Below, one piece after another: positions 1 to 10,205 of a stretch of DNA of 64,000 nt. Source of the stretch: Gemmatimonas sp. Lineage in GTDB: Bacteria; Gemmatimonadota; Gemmatimonadetes; Gemmatimonadales; Gemmatimonadaceae. Under the pieces are notes generated by a model. It ran no database searches and was not told the origin of the DNA. It was given only the letters and a program-made list of their open reading frames with translations. Each line of letters starts with the position of its first letter. Within the stretch, counting starts at the first letter, position 1. The position numbers and the translations under genes were made by a program. The stretch is taken from the NCBI GenBank assembly GCA_031414535.1, contig JANNVQ010000057.1:64001-128000 (forward strand), given 5' to 3'.

Positions 1-777
1 GCAGAGCAACTGGATGCCGTGGTCATCGAGGCTACCATTCTCAATCAGGTCACGGGGCTCGTCACGGACGAAAGTGGCACGCCGCTCGAAGGCGTCGTGA
101 TCGAGCTCCTCGGCCTGAACGTACGGCTGGAGACCAATGCTGCTGGCCGCTACGTGCTCTTGGACTTGAAGCCCGGCAATTACCTGATGCAGTTCCGGGC
201 GCCAGGCTACCGCGTGAGTCAGTATGGCCTGCGCATGGTGGCCCAGATTGAGCGCGATATCACGACCAAGCTTCAGCGCGCACGCACCGGCGATCTCATG
301 ACGGCACAGGTTGCGGCTGCAGTCGCGCTTGAGGCCAACCGTCGGCATTCACTGCGCGGTGGACAGTCGCTCATCATGGGCCGCGACGAGTTGGAGCGCT
401 TCGATGTCGCACCACTGGGCGTGGCGCTGGGCAACTCGCGGGCGACCTTGTTGCTGAGAGAGATCAATAGCAGTTGCATTCTGATCAACGGATACGAACC
501 GCTCTCCTCATCAACGGCGGCGGAGCAGATTGCGTCGCAGTCAACCACTGGCGCTGGCACCAGCATCTTTCGGAACACACCGGCCACGGCACGAGCTACT
601 GGTCCCTCTCAGCCGGGTGGCTGGCTGAACTTCTTCCGCGCCAACGAAGTGGAGATGTTGGAGCTGTACACTCCCGGTAGCGAGAACTCCCGCACACTCT
701 GTGGGCGGTTTCCGGCGAGCAGCGGCTGCTCGTGCCCACCGGAGCCATCGGGCATCGTGATTTGGTTGCGGCGCTGA
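1..777 (+). CDS. Carboxypeptidase-regulatory-like (Ig-like) domain protein, probably 5'-truncated by the window edge
   Basis: Open frame from position 1. VTGLVTDESGTPLEGVVIEL...TNAAGRYVLLDLKPGNY is typical of CarboxypepD_reg domains. Confidence 0.65.
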   Translation, partial: AEQLDAVVIEATILNQVTGLVTDESGTPLEGVVIELLGLNVRLETNAAGRYVLLDLKPGNYLMQFRAPGYRVSQYGLRMVAQIERDITTKLQRARTGDLMTAQVAAAVALEANRRHSLRGGQSLIMGRDELERFDVAPLGVALGNSRATLLLREINSSCILINGYEPLSSSTAAEQIASQSTTGAGTSIFRNTPATARATGPSQPGGWLNFFRANEVEMLELYTPGSENSRTLCGRFPASSGCSCPPEPSGIVIWLRR

Positions 778-790
778 AATCTGCGGCTCC

Positions 791-1627
791 TCAGCGAGGA
801 TGCGGGCGGGCGCAAAGCGCTTCAATTTCCTTCAGAATACCGTCCACAGACGCCTCGACAATTGCGCGCCCCTTCTCGCGCGTCGCCAGCGTAGCATCGC
901 CCCATACGCCGGAGGCCGAGTAGGTACCGCGTCCGTTGGGGTTGCGCGTGAGGCCGCCTTCGCCGCGCGGCGAATCGTCGCGCACGGCTTTGGACATGTC
1001 CACGCGCTCCGGTGCCATGTAGAGAATCGCAGACGTTTCGGTTTCGTCCGCGTGCGTGCCGCGCACTTGCTGGCTGACGCGCTCCTCCACCGGGCCGGCA
1101 ATCGTGCCGATGTTCGTGTACTCAAACAGAATCCCCTCCGCGCGTAGAATCTCGGCCGAGGCCGCGAGCGGACGCAGCGTGGAGATGCCCGTATTGAGCA
1201 CGTAGAACTTGCGCGGCCCATACGCGGCGAGGCTCCGCACGATATCCACGATCAAGTCCCGCGCCGTTTCGAAGCGTAGCGTCGTGGAGCCCGGATACTC
1301 CACGAACGACGGATAGAAGTGGTAGTTCACCGTCGGTGCGATGATCACTGGGGCGGCTGCGAGCACGCGCGCGCGATAGTACTCGGCCAGCGTGCGGTCG
1401 TTGTCGAGTCGCAGGTGCGGACCGTGCTCCTTGGCCTCGGCGCCGAGTGGAATCACGATGACTGCGTCTCGCGTGAGTACGCGCTCGGCTTCGAGCCAAG
1501 TGAGATCGCCAAGCACGAGGGCGCGCTGACCTGCGGCGGGCTGTGGCATCTGGGCAGGCGGCACCTGCGCCTGCGCTACGCTGGCAACCATCAGGAGTGG
1601 TACCGCTACTCGAAGTAGTGCGCGCAT
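791..1627 (-). CDS. Creatininase/creatinine amidohydrolase family protein with signal peptide
   Basis: Motifs PLGAEAKEHGPHLRLDND, HADETETS and SGVWGDATLATREKG. Confidence 0.85.
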   Translation of the reverse strand: MRALLRVAVPLLMVASVAQAQVPPAQMPQPAAGQRALVLGDLTWLEAERVLTRDAVIVIPLGAEAKEHGPHLRLDNDRTLAEYYRARVLAAAPVIIAPTVNYHFYPSFVEYPGSTTLRFETARDLIVDIVRSLAAYGPRKFYVLNTGISTLRPLAASAEILRAEGILFEYTNIGTIAGPVEERVSQQVRGTHADETETSAILYMAPERVDMSKAVRDDSPRGEGGLTRNPNGRGTYSASGVWGDATLATREKGRAIVEASVDGILKEIEALCARPHPR

Positions 1628-1713
1628 TGTTCGTTCCTCGTTTCAGCGTGAGGGCCTACGATGCTGCGCGGTCGCACAATCAACCTTCGAGCATCGCGAC
1701 CTTGCCTGCGCCG

Positions 1714-2208
1714 TCACCTCAGTTGCTTGATGAACATCTGTACGGCGTGGATGCCATCTGCGTACGCGCGCAAGCCAACTGCGCTGTAGCCAAGCGCCTC
1801 GTGAAACGCGATGGACGTTGGATTCGGCGGTCGCACATTCACCTCAAGAGCAACGCAGGGCCAAACGCCGGCCTGGACTCGGTGCAAGTCATCGTACATC
1901 GCGCGCCCGACGCCCGCACGCCGCAATCGTGGTGACACCGCAACCCGATCAAGGTAAAGAAAGCGCGCATAGCGCTCGCCAAACCACTTGTAATTCCCAC
2001 TCCAATACTCCGTCCCCGACGGAATGCACAACACGAAGCCGAGGAGCCCCTGAGGGTCCTCGGCTAACGTGAAATGCTCGTTCAGCAATACAATCCGCGC
2101 AAACTCATCCGCTGTCAGCGCATTCACGTGCGGCACCTGCGAATTGTTGAGCGCCAGCACCGCCGCGTGATCCGCGGCGGTGGCTGGTCTCAGCGTGAAG
2201 CCACTCAC
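1714..2208 (-). CDS. GNAT family N-acetyltransferase
   Basis: YLDRVAVSPRLRRAGVGRAMY acetyl-CoA-binding motif and NPTSIAFHEALGY. Confidence 0.85.
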   Translation of the reverse strand: MSGFTLRPATAADHAAVLALNNSQVPHVNALTADEFARIVLLNEHFTLAEDPQGLLGFVLCIPSGTEYWSGNYKWFGERYARFLYLDRVAVSPRLRRAGVGRAMYDDLHRVQAGVWPCVALEVNVRPPNPTSIAFHEALGYSAVGLRAYADGIHAVQMFIKQLR

Positions 2209-5200
2209 GCGGCTGGCTGCTCCGCGTCCATCATGTCGTCATCATCCGCCACCGGCGTAGGACGCGGCGTCGGCAGATCGGTGCTCGGCACAATCGGCTG
2301 CTGACCCGCCGCACGCACCTGACGGTTGAAGCGCTCAAGGTCTTCGCGCAGCACCTTGTCCAAGCGGTCGGTCTGCACCTTCAGCATCGCCGAGACTTCG
2401 TTGTAGACGGTAATGGTCTGGTCGGTGGGCTTGAATGGGCCAGCGCCGGCGACGCCAGCCAGTGCCGCAATCTTGTTGTTGATGCGAATCGGATAGTTAA
2501 GCGGATCCTGTCCGCTCTGATTGCGCACCTGATAGACCTCTTGTTCAACGGCCGCGAGCTGCGCAAGCAGCGCATCGGCATTGCGGCGCAGGCGCGGCGC
2601 GGCGTTCACGCGCTCTTCGATCTGCGCGCGCACGTTGCGAATGGTGCGGACGGCATTGTTCGCTTCGCTGGTCTTGTCGCGGACCTGGATAAGGAAGTCG
2701 AACTGCGCCTGTAGGTCAGCCGCAGTCGCATCCGAGCGCGGATCGTTGAGCAGGTTGAAGCGCGCGGTCTGCGGCGCTTCGGTGCCAACCGTGACGCGCA
2801 CGGAGTACGCGCCAGCCGGAGCGACTGGGCCTGTGGTGCTGCCCGCCCACATGATCATGCCGGGGAAGGTGACGGCATCCGGGTAGCGGAGATTCCAGTT
2901 GAAGCTGTTGAGCCCGCGAGCATTGCCCGGGCGCGCAGCTGCTCCACCGCCACCGCCGAAACCACCGCCGCCCTGTCCGCCACCCGCTCCGGGCGTGGGC
3001 GCCGGCACTGGCTTGCCATCGTTCTCATACGTCTTGATGACGCTGCCATTCGGCGCGAGGAATTCAATCTTCACCGGCTGGCTATCGCTCGTGATGTGGT
3101 AATAGACCATCACGCCGCTGGCCGGATTCGTGCCCGGACGGCTCGCCGCCGCAGCCTGCGCACCACCACCGCCACCGAATCCACCGCCGCCCCACTGAAT
3201 GCGGTAGGCATCACGCGGCTGGAAGAGGTGCACGGGCTTCCGCGTGATTTCTGGTGTGACTTCACGCAGCGCGGAGAGATCATCGAGAATCCAGAAGGAA
3301 CGCCCGTGCGTGCCCGCGACGAGATCGCCTTCCTTCACGACGAGATCGTGCACCGGCACCGGCGGCAGGTTGCGCTGCAGCGACTGCCAGTTGGCACCGT
3401 CGTTGAAGCTCACCCAGGCGCCGCGCTCCGTGCCGGCGTACAGCAGGCCACGACGTGCTGGATCGTGACGAATCACGCGCACAAACTCTTCGGCCGGAAT
3501 TCCAGCGACGATTTTGGTCCAGGTCGCGCCGTAGTCCGTCGTGCGCCACATCAGCGGTGCAAAGTCATCCTGCTGAAAACGGTTACCCGCCACGTAGGCC
3601 GTGCCTTCATCGAACGACGAAGCATCAATGATGCTCACGCGCGTGAAGTCGCCGATGTCACGCGGCGTGATGTTTGTCCAGTTGTTTCCACCGTTGCGCG
3701 TGATCCAGATATAGCCGTCGTCGGTGCCAGCCCAAAGAACCTGCGCGTTCTTCGGCGACTCGCTCAGCGTGAAAATCGTGCCGTAGGTCTCGACGCCCGT
3801 CTGGTCCTTGGTGATGGGACCTCCTGATGCGCCCATCGTGCGTGGATCGCGACGCGCGAGCTCCGGCGAGATCATCGAGAAGCTCTGCCCTTCGTTGGTG
3901 CTCTTGAAGAGGCGGCTTCCGCCCACGTAGAGCACCTTCGAGTCATGCTGTGACACGACGATTGGGAAGGTCCACTGGAAGCGGTAGAGAATGTCCTCGG
4001 AGCTATGCCCCATCGGATTCAACGGGTACGCATTGATGTTGCGCTCAAGGCCCGTGCGCATGTCCTTGCGCGTCAGGTAGCCTGAGTACGAACCCGCGTA
4101 GATGATGTCCGGATTTGATGGGTTCGCGGTGACGTAACCAGACTCACCACCGCCTGCGTCTTTCCAGTCGGCGATGCTGATATTGCCTTCGCTACGGCTC
4201 GGCCCGCAGAGCGTCGAGTTGTCCTGCTGCGCACCGCAGACCCAGTACGGGAAGTGATTCGTCGTCGAGACGTGATACATCTGTGCCGTAGCAAACTCCT
4301 GATCCGTCCAGGTGCGGCCGCCCGTGTAGCTCACGTTCGCGCCACCGTCGTTGGCCTGCACCATGCGCTGTGGATCGTTCGGCGCAATCCACATATCGTG
4401 GTTATCGCCGTGCGGCACTTGAATCTGCTGGCGGAACGTGCGCCCTCCGTCCGTGCTGCGGAAGAACTGCACGTTCAACCCGTAGATGACATTCGTGTCC
4501 TTGGGGTCCGCGTAAATCTTGCTGTAGTACCAGGCGCGCTGTCGCAGGTTGCGATCTTGATTGATCCATTCCCAACTCTGGCCGGCATCGTCAGAGCGAT
4601 ACACGCCGCCCGAGTCATGCTCGATGATGGCCCAGACGCGCCGCGAGTTCGCCGGCGACACTGCAAGACCCACCTTGCCCCAGATGCCGCGCGGTAGACC
4701 GCGATTGGCGGTGAGTTCGGTCCAGGTTGCACCACCGTCGGTGGTCTTCATGATGCCGCCGCCAGCGCCGCCGGAGTTCAGCATCCAGGGCCGGCGATAC
4801 GCATACCAGAACGAAGCGTAGAGCGTGTTGGGGTCGTTCGGATCCATGATCAGATCGCTGATGCCCGTAGAATCATTGCGGTACAGAATGCGGTTCCACG
4901 TGGTTCCGCCGTCCATGCTCTTGTAGACGCCGCGCTCGGGGTTTGGCCCAAAGGCATGACCCAGTGCGCCTACGTACACGATGTCCGGGTTGGTGGGATG
5001 CACACGCACGCGTGAGATGTGCCGCGTCGCGCGAAGGCCCATGTCCTTCCATGTGCGGCCGCCGTCCGTGGTCTTCCAGAGACCGTCACCGTGAGAGGTG
5101 TTGCCGCGAATGTCCGTCTCACCGCCACCCACATACACGATGTCCGGATTGGACTCCGAGACGGCCACCGCTCCAATCGTGCCGCCGAAGGCGTTATCCG

Positions 5201-5465
5201 AACTCGGCTGCCAGTTCATGCCACCATCGGTCGTCTTCCAGACGCCGTTGCCTGTGGTGCCCATCCAGTACTCCAGGGGCCGCGATGTGCTCCCGGCCAC
5301 CGCAACGGAACGGCCGCCGCGAGCGGGGCCAAGTTCGCGCCATCGCAGCGCGCGGAAGGCGGAGGTGTCCATTCCCTGCGCGGCCAGCGCGTCGGGAAGC
5401 GAGATGAGCAATGCTCCAACGAGCGCGAGCAGGCGGATCAACGACGAGCGAACGGGCACGAGCAC
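2205..5465 (-). CDS. Secreted BNR/Asp-box (VPS10/glycosyl hydrolase-like) beta-propeller protein
   Basis: Signal peptide plus many [S/T]xDGGxTW Asp-box repeats; 1086 aa. Confidence 0.85.
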   Translation of the reverse strand: MLVPVRSSLIRLLALVGALLISLPDALAAQGMDTSAFRALRWRELGPARGGRSVAVAGSTSRPLEYWMGTTGNGVWKTTDGGMNWQPSSDNAFGGTIGAVAVSESNPDIVYVGGGETDIRGNTSHGDGLWKTTDGGRTWKDMGLRATRHISRVRVHPTNPDIVYVGALGHAFGPNPERGVYKSMDGGTTWNRILYRNDSTGISDLIMDPNDPNTLYASFWYAYRRPWMLNSGGAGGGIMKTTDGGATWTELTANRGLPRGIWGKVGLAVSPANSRRVWAIIEHDSGGVYRSDDAGQSWEWINQDRNLRQRAWYYSKIYADPKDTNVIYGLNVQFFRSTDGGRTFRQQIQVPHGDNHDMWIAPNDPQRMVQANDGGANVSYTGGRTWTDQEFATAQMYHVSTTNHFPYWVCGAQQDNSTLCGPSRSEGNISIADWKDAGGGESGYVTANPSNPDIIYAGSYSGYLTRKDMRTGLERNINAYPLNPMGHSSEDILYRFQWTFPIVVSQHDSKVLYVGGSRLFKSTNEGQSFSMISPELARRDPRTMGASGGPITKDQTGVETYGTIFTLSESPKNAQVLWAGTDDGYIWITRNGGNNWTNITPRDIGDFTRVSIIDASSFDEGTAYVAGNRFQQDDFAPLMWRTTDYGATWTKIVAGIPAEEFVRVIRHDPARRGLLYAGTERGAWVSFNDGANWQSLQRNLPPVPVHDLVVKEGDLVAGTHGRSFWILDDLSALREVTPEITRKPVHLFQPRDAYRIQWGGGGFGGGGGAQAAAASRPGTNPASGVMVYYHITSDSQPVKIEFLAPNGSVIKTYENDGKPVPAPTPGAGGGQGGGGFGGGGGAAARPGNARGLNSFNWNLRYPDAVTFPGMIMWAGSTTGPVAPAGAYSVRVTVGTEAPQTARFNLLNDPRSDATAADLQAQFDFLIQVRDKTSEANNAVRTIRNVRAQIEERVNAAPRLRRNADALLAQLAAVEQEVYQVRNQSGQDPLNYPIRINNKIAALAGVAGAGPFKPTDQTITVYNEVSAMLKVQTDRLDKVLREDLERFNRQVRAAGQQPIVPSTDLPTPRPTPVADDDDMMDAEQPAA

Positions 5466-5561
5466 GACCTCCGACGGGGTGGGGACCTCTTTGGCAGCCT
5501 TCGTGGTTCATTGAGGCGAACGTCGTACATTTCTCGCTGAACCTTCACTGGACCACCACTA

Positions 5562-6494
5562 ATGATGCACCTGAATTCCGTTACGCGGGCGGGCCTCGCG
5601 GCGTTTGCCGCCCTGACCCTCGCCGCCTGCGGCGGTGAGAAGGCCGCCGTCGCTGAGTCCGCCGTCCCGGTAGCCGTCGTCAGCGAAGGGCTCGCCACGC
5701 CTGAGTCCGTCCTATGGGATGCCACCCGCAATGTCTGGTACGTGAGCAACATCAACGGCTCCCCGCTCGGCAAGGACGACAACGGCTACATCCTCCGCCT
5801 CTCCGCCGATGGCGCCAAGGTGGACACCGTGCCGTTCATCAACGGCGCGGACGCTGACATCACGCTCAACGCCCCCAAGGGCATGGCCCTCGTCGGCGAC
5901 ACGCTTTGGGTGGCCGACATTGATGCCGTGCGCGCCTTCGATGTGAACACCGGCAACACGGTGACCACGCTTGAGCTCGGCGCTCAGGGTGCCACCTTCT
6001 TGAACGACGTCGCCGCCGCGGGCGATGGCACCATCTACATCACGGATTCCGGCATCTCGTTTGGCGCCGACGGCGCCGTGCAGCATCCGGGCAAGAGCCG
6101 CGTGTTCGCCATCACCGGCCGCAACGCTCGCGAGGCGGTGGTGCTGCCCGCCGAGAGCGCCGCGAACGGCATCGCGTTTGATGCCGCCAACAATCGCTGG
6201 CTCATCGTTGGCTTTAACTCGCCCAACGTCTTCGCCTGGACTGGCGGCGCGGATTCCGTCACCGTGCTCGGCACCGGCCCCGGCGGCGGCGATGGCGTCG
6301 TGATCTTGAACGACGGCCGCGCGCTGTACTCCAGCTGGGCCGATTCGTCGTTGACCGTGTTTGCGAATGGCACGTCCACCAAGCTGCGCGGTGGATTGCC
6401 GTCGCCCGCTGATTTGGGCTATGACGCGCGCCGCAACCTCGTGGCGGTGCCACTCTTCGCGGACAACCGCGTTGAAATCTGGGAAGTGAAGTAA
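5562..6494 (+). CDS. SMP-30/gluconolactonase-like beta-propeller lipoprotein
   Basis: Lipobox LAAC; motifs GLATPESVLWD, LNAPKGM, FLNDV and PADLGYD. Confidence 0.8.
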   Translation: MMHLNSVTRAGLAAFAALTLAACGGEKAAVAESAVPVAVVSEGLATPESVLWDATRNVWYVSNINGSPLGKDDNGYILRLSADGAKVDTVPFINGADADITLNAPKGMALVGDTLWVADIDAVRAFDVNTGNTVTTLELGAQGATFLNDVAAAGDGTIYITDSGISFGADGAVQHPGKSRVFAITGRNAREAVVLPAESAANGIAFDAANNRWLIVGFNSPNVFAWTGGADSVTVLGTGPGGGDGVVILNDGRALYSSWADSSLTVFANGTSTKLRGGLPSPADLGYDARRNLVAVPLFADNRVEIWEVK

Positions 6495-6496
6495 AG

Positions 6497-6919
6497 TTGT
6501 TGCGTCACCGACCGTTCACTGCGGACTGGGCCGAGGCCTTCCGCACCGCTATCGAGGCTGATGCGTCGTATCGTGATGCAGCCGCCAAGTGGACTTGGCC
6601 GGTGGCGCTGGTGATGCACGCCGCGCCGGAGTTCGGATATCCGGACTCCGTCGCGGTGGAGCTCACGCTGGATCGGGGTCGTTGTCACGCCGCCGAGGTT
6701 CGCTCCGCGGACGCCGTGAGCGCGACCATTGCGCTTACCGCACCCTACCATATCTGGAAGTCCGTCGTACAGGGCGAGCTTGATCCACTGGTCGGCGTGA
6801 CGCGCGGCAAGATTGCGGTCAAGGGTTCGCTCGCCACATTAATGATGCACGCCAAGGCCGCTACCGCTTTGGTCGCTTGTGCCCGAGCAGTGCCGACAGA
6901 ATTCCCTGACGAGGGTTAA
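6497..6919 (+). CDS. SCP2 sterol/lipid-binding domain protein
   Basis: PFTADWAEAF...WKSVVQGELDPLVGVTRGKIAVKG pattern. Confidence 0.75.
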   Translation: MLRHRPFTADWAEAFRTAIEADASYRDAAAKWTWPVALVMHAAPEFGYPDSVAVELTLDRGRCHAAEVRSADAVSATIALTAPYHIWKSVVQGELDPLVGVTRGKIAVKGSLATLMMHAKAATALVACARAVPTEFPDEG

Positions 6920-6922
6920 GCC

Positions 6923-7795
6923 ATGCCGATGACCGCGCGCGAATCTGATTCTGCCTACTTCCGCCTGTACTCCAAGGCCAAGCAGCTGCACTGGGATCCA
7001 GCGGACATCGATCTCTCGGCGGACCGCGAGCAATGGCTGCGCATTCAGCGTGATTATCCCGAGGAGCGCTACGCCGAGCAGATTCTGCGGCTCACTTCGC
7101 TGTTTTATGAGGGCGAGGAGTCCGTCACCAAGACGCTGAGTCCGTTTTGCTCCGCGGTTTCGCGCGCTGGACTCGGGATTGATAAGGAGCTGTTCCTCAC
7201 CACGCAGCTGTACGAAGAAGCCAAGCACTTCGATTTTTTTGCTCGCTACTTTGCGGAAGTGTTTGAGATCGACGGTAGCACCACCGCGCAGTATATGACG
7301 GCCGCGCCGCGGGCTGTTCTTGTATCCAATCTCGAGGAAGTCACCGAGCGCCTGCGTCGCGAAGAGGATCCTGCGCGACTCAAGGCGACCTTCGTAGAAG
7401 CGGTGACGCACTACATGGGCGTGGTCGAAGCGATGCTCGCGCGCACGGGCTATGTGGGCGCACACGATGCGATTGCCACTCGCGGGTGGTTGCCTGGCTT
7501 GCAGGAAGGCTTCCGTCTCATCAAGCGCGATGAAGGACGGCACGTGGCGTTCGGCATGCGTTGCATCGCCGAGCTCACGACGGAGCATCCCGAGTACCGC
7601 AGCATCGTGCAGGATGTGTTCGAGCGGCATCTGCCCAATGTGCTCGCTACCGTGCAGGAGTTCGACTATCCGCAGCCGCTAGTGGATCTGGACAAGCTCA
7701 CGGCGTACGCGCTCGCGCAGTATGAACGCTTTGGGGCGGCCGCGGGGCTCGGAGAGGGCGCGGTAGATATCAATGCGCTCGCTGACGAAGGATGA
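6923..7795 (+). CDS. R2-like ligand-binding oxidase (R2lox) / ferritin-like ribonucleotide reductase small-subunit homolog
   Basis: WDPADIDLSADREQW, GEESVT, EEAKH, VEAMLARTGY and DEGRH di-metal ligands. No NrdA nearby. Confidence 0.8.
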   Translation: MPMTARESDSAYFRLYSKAKQLHWDPADIDLSADREQWLRIQRDYPEERYAEQILRLTSLFYEGEESVTKTLSPFCSAVSRAGLGIDKELFLTTQLYEEAKHFDFFARYFAEVFEIDGSTTAQYMTAAPRAVLVSNLEEVTERLRREEDPARLKATFVEAVTHYMGVVEAMLARTGYVGAHDAIATRGWLPGLQEGFRLIKRDEGRHVAFGMRCIAELTTEHPEYRSIVQDVFERHLPNVLATVQEFDYPQPLVDLDKLTAYALAQYERFGAAAGLGEGAVDINALADEG

Positions 7796-7816
7796 ACGTG
7801 GGCCCAGTTCATCCCA

Positions 7817-8263
7817 TCAGGCCTCACCCAGTGACTCCAAATCAGCGAGATCTCGCGTTCGACCACTCGCGCGCTTGTTCCGAATGAACGCGTCGCGTCC
7901 GATGAAGGGAGCCGCTACGTCCCCAAAAAACGCCTCGACGCGAGTGGACCACGCATCTGCAAACGCGACGCCGCTTATTCCCGTCAAGAAATCAATGCGA
8001 TAAGGCGGTAGACCGAACTGCGCGACGATGTCTGGCTGCATTAAGTCCGCAGGCGTGATACCGAGGGCGTCCATAGGTGCGCCGAACGCCACCAAGGCCT
8101 CCCAGACTCGCGCGACGTTCTCCGCCGCGGGATCAATCCACACATCAAGGTCCGCCGTCGCGCGTGGCACGCCGTGGATACTGAGCGCGTGTGCGCCGAT
8201 GATGAGGAACCGGGCGCGCGCGCGCACGAGCTCGGCCACGATGTCTCGAAAGTCAGGATGCAC
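7817..8263 (-). CDS. Minimal nucleotidyltransferase (Pol-beta superfamily), TA-like
   Basis: IIGAHALSIHGVPRATADLD (G..DxD motif) and C-terminal NKRASGRTRDLADLE. Confidence 0.8.
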   Translation of the reverse strand: MHPDFRDIVAELVRARARFLIIGAHALSIHGVPRATADLDVWIDPAAENVARVWEALVAFGAPMDALGITPADLMQPDIVAQFGLPPYRIDFLTGISGVAFADAWSTRVEAFFGDVAAPFIGRDAFIRNKRASGRTRDLADLESLGEA

Positions 8264-8267
8264 CGGG

Positions 8268-8480
8268 CTACGACCGCGGCTCGTGCAGTCGTCGAAGAAC
8301 CACGCGCAGTGTCGCCCGGGAAGCCACTGGCAGGCGGCGTCCCGTCAGCCGCCAGGCGTCGTCGCTCAATGCCTGCAGCACGAGCAAGCGCTCCTCGGCG
8401 GCGGCCGACGGAGGGGCCGAGGCCTCACGGCTCTGCAGCGAGACCACGCGGACCGTCATCGCACCACGATTGGTACGCAT
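8268..8480 (-). CDS. Small hypothetical partner of the nucleotidyltransferase (putative antitoxin)
   Basis: ~70 aa ORF ending 4 nt before the NTase start, containing EERLLVLQALSDDAW. Start codon uncertain. Confidence 0.5.
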   Translation of the reverse strand: MRTNRGAMTVRVVSLQSREASAPPSAAAEERLLVLQALSDDAWRLTGRRLPVASRATLRVVLRRLHEPRS

Positions 8481-8716
8481 GGTGGGAAATCTAATGCTTC
8501 TGGACGCGGCGCAACCTTGATGGCGCACTCCGTCTTCCCGCCAAGTGCCACCTCCGCCTGCGGAAAGAGCACCTTTGGATGATGCCCACGCCAGCAACGG
8601 CACCAGAGGCGCCGAACTTAGGCGACGGTGGCGAACGCCGTGGTTTCACTCCAGCCTCTCAGGAAATGGAGTCTGCGGTAATCCCCGGGCCGATTCAAAG
8701 TTGGGCGTTCGCGGAC

Positions 8717-8959
8717 CTACGTCGCGGACACCAAGTCAATGAGTTCCTCAACTTCGAGCCCCAATCCGTTTGGCTCATCGGTAGGGTCCAATCCCCGCTC
8801 AATGAGTTCAGCGCTCAAGAGATCCAGCAGAAGCTCACGACCCTCAGCTAAGAGTCCTCCGCTCGCAATTGCATCCACATGAACGACTGCGTCAGCGTTG
8901 CGCCGCTGAATGATCTCTGCTAAGCGGCGAAGTTGCTGTGGGGTAGCACGTATACTCAT
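8717..8959 (-). CDS. Putative immunity protein for cassette A
   Basis: ATG overlaps the toxin stop (ATGA at 8956-8959). Small acidic protein ending ELIERGLDPTDEPNGLGLEVEELID. Confidence 0.7.
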   Translation of the reverse strand: MSIRATPQQLRRLAEIIQRRNADAVVHVDAIASGGLLAEGRELLLDLLSAELIERGLDPTDEPNGLGLEVEELIDLVSAT

Positions 8960-9495
8960 GGCACGATTCTCCACGCGCCGCGGCTCAGCGCCATTGTGGT
9001 GACGACTTCGCCGTCTGTGTTCAGCACCACTCGCGCGTTTCGGCCGACATAGAGCACTTTTCCGCCCTCTTGATGAAGAACTCTTAGGGGATTGGCGACC
9101 GCGTCTCGCATCGCCGCCTGCGTGACTCCGACACCTTCGCGTGATATTGCCTGATTCAGTCCGTGCCGGGTGAATCCCGGGATTTTGCCGCCGATTGGGA
9201 CGTTGAAGACGGCCTTGCTGGCACCCGGGAACTGATCTTCATTGAGTGCCTCAAAGAGCGAGGCGAACGCTCCGAGTGTCTTATTGACCGCACTCGAACC
9301 TCTGCCGGATGCGTTGCGATGCGCCCACCACCCGGATGAACCACGCGGGCAGTCGGACACCGCTTCGGTCTTTCCGTCACCGCCCGCAGACTTTGGGCAC
9401 AGCCCAAACGGATCCGAGAAGTTGACCGGGTCCCCGCCCGCGAAGCCATACGCATTCAGCCCACCCGCCAGCCCGATTGGGTCAAGGTGCGTGGA
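8956..9495 (-). CDS. Orphan Rhs C-terminal toxin cassette A (probable BECR-fold RNase-like); no evident start codon of its own at the repeat
   Basis: In frame STHLDPIGLAGGLNAYGFAGGDPVNFSDPFGL|CPK..., followed by FTRHGLNQAISR...YVGRNARVVLNTDGEVVT. Confidence 0.8.
   Translation of the reverse strand, partial: STHLDPIGLAGGLNAYGFAGGDPVNFSDPFGLCPKSAGGDGKTEAVSDCPRGSSGWWAHRNASGRGSSAVNKTLGAFASLFEALNEDQFPGASKAVFNVPIGGKIPGFTRHGLNQAISREGVGVTQAAMRDAVANPLRVLHQEGGKVLYVGRNARVVLNTDGEVVTTMALSRGAWRIVP
9400..9495 (-). repeat. Rhs core-end repeat, copy A
   Basis: Minus strand reads TCCACGCACCTTGACCCAATCGGGCTGGCGGGTGGGCTGAATGCGTATGGC...GATCCGTTTGGGCTG. Confidence 0.95.
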
Positions 9496-9555
9496 CTGTC
9501 CAGTAAATCAATCGTACGTTCAGGTCGCGGTGCACCGCAACCGTGCCTCGGCGCG

Positions 9556-9960
9556 CTACGGCGCGATGACCTTCACCGTCGGGAAGTAGGTCCGATAGCG
9601 CGCCGCATCTCGCGTCAGCAGCGCGTGGCCGCGGATCGCGGCGTGGGCTCCCACAAAGAAGTCCGGAAGTGGCGATCGCCTGGCTCCACCCGATCGCCGA
9701 TATCGCTGGAAGCATTTCCCCGCGAGGAATCCAGCATCCCAGGGGAGCGCGTCGCGTCGGAAGAACGTCGGCGGCAGTGCCGCCTCAAGATCCTCAATCC
9801 GTGCGAAGCCGACCGAGACCTCGGCATAGATGATCGGATTGATGATTAGGGCCTCCGATTCGGCGGCACGCGCGAGGGCGTCGGCCGACCACCGGAGCCA
9901 CGTCGGGTCCTCGGTTAGCACGTCCAGCAGCACGTTGCTGTCCACCAGGACGCCCGGCAT
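9556..9960 (-). CDS. vapC: PIN-domain toxin, VapC family
   Basis: LVDSNVLLD, IIYAEVS, LPDFFVGAHA and LLTRD acidic PIN motifs. Confidence 0.9.
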   Translation of the reverse strand: MPGVLVDSNVLLDVLTEDPTWLRWSADALARAAESEALIINPIIYAEVSVGFARIEDLEAALPPTFFRRDALPWDAGFLAGKCFQRYRRSGGARRSPLPDFFVGAHAAIRGHALLTRDAARYRTYFPTVKVIAP

Positions 9961-9964
9961 GCGC

Positions 9965-10192
9965 CTACTCGCCGCGGGTCAGCGCGAGAATCTCGTCGGT
10001 ACTCATCGGCACCGTGCTGCGTCCCCGAAGGTGCGCGACCAGCTTGGCGCCGCGTCGCCGACTGCGCCGCAGCTTGCGCAGCACGGCCTGACCGTCCTCC
10101 ACGACGAACTCGACTTCAGTATTCGGCAACAAGCCGAGGCGTTCGCGCACTTCGACCGGGATGGTGACCTGGCCCTTCGTCGTGATTTTCAT
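9965..10192 (-). CDS. vapB: AbrB/MazE/SpoVT-family antitoxin
   Basis: MKITTKGQVTIPVEVRERLGL, immediately upstream of the PIN toxin. Confidence 0.9.
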   Translation of the reverse strand: MKITTKGQVTIPVEVRERLGLLPNTEVEFVVEDGQAVLRKLRRSRRRGAKLVAHLRGRSTVPMSTDEILALTRGE

Positions 10193-10205
10193 TCGAATCG
10201 CCCCC

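Noticed and set aside
6923..7795. True ribonucleotide reductase beta subunit (nrdB/nrdF)
   Set aside because: There is no large subunit nearby, and the motifs and SCP2 context fit R2lox better.
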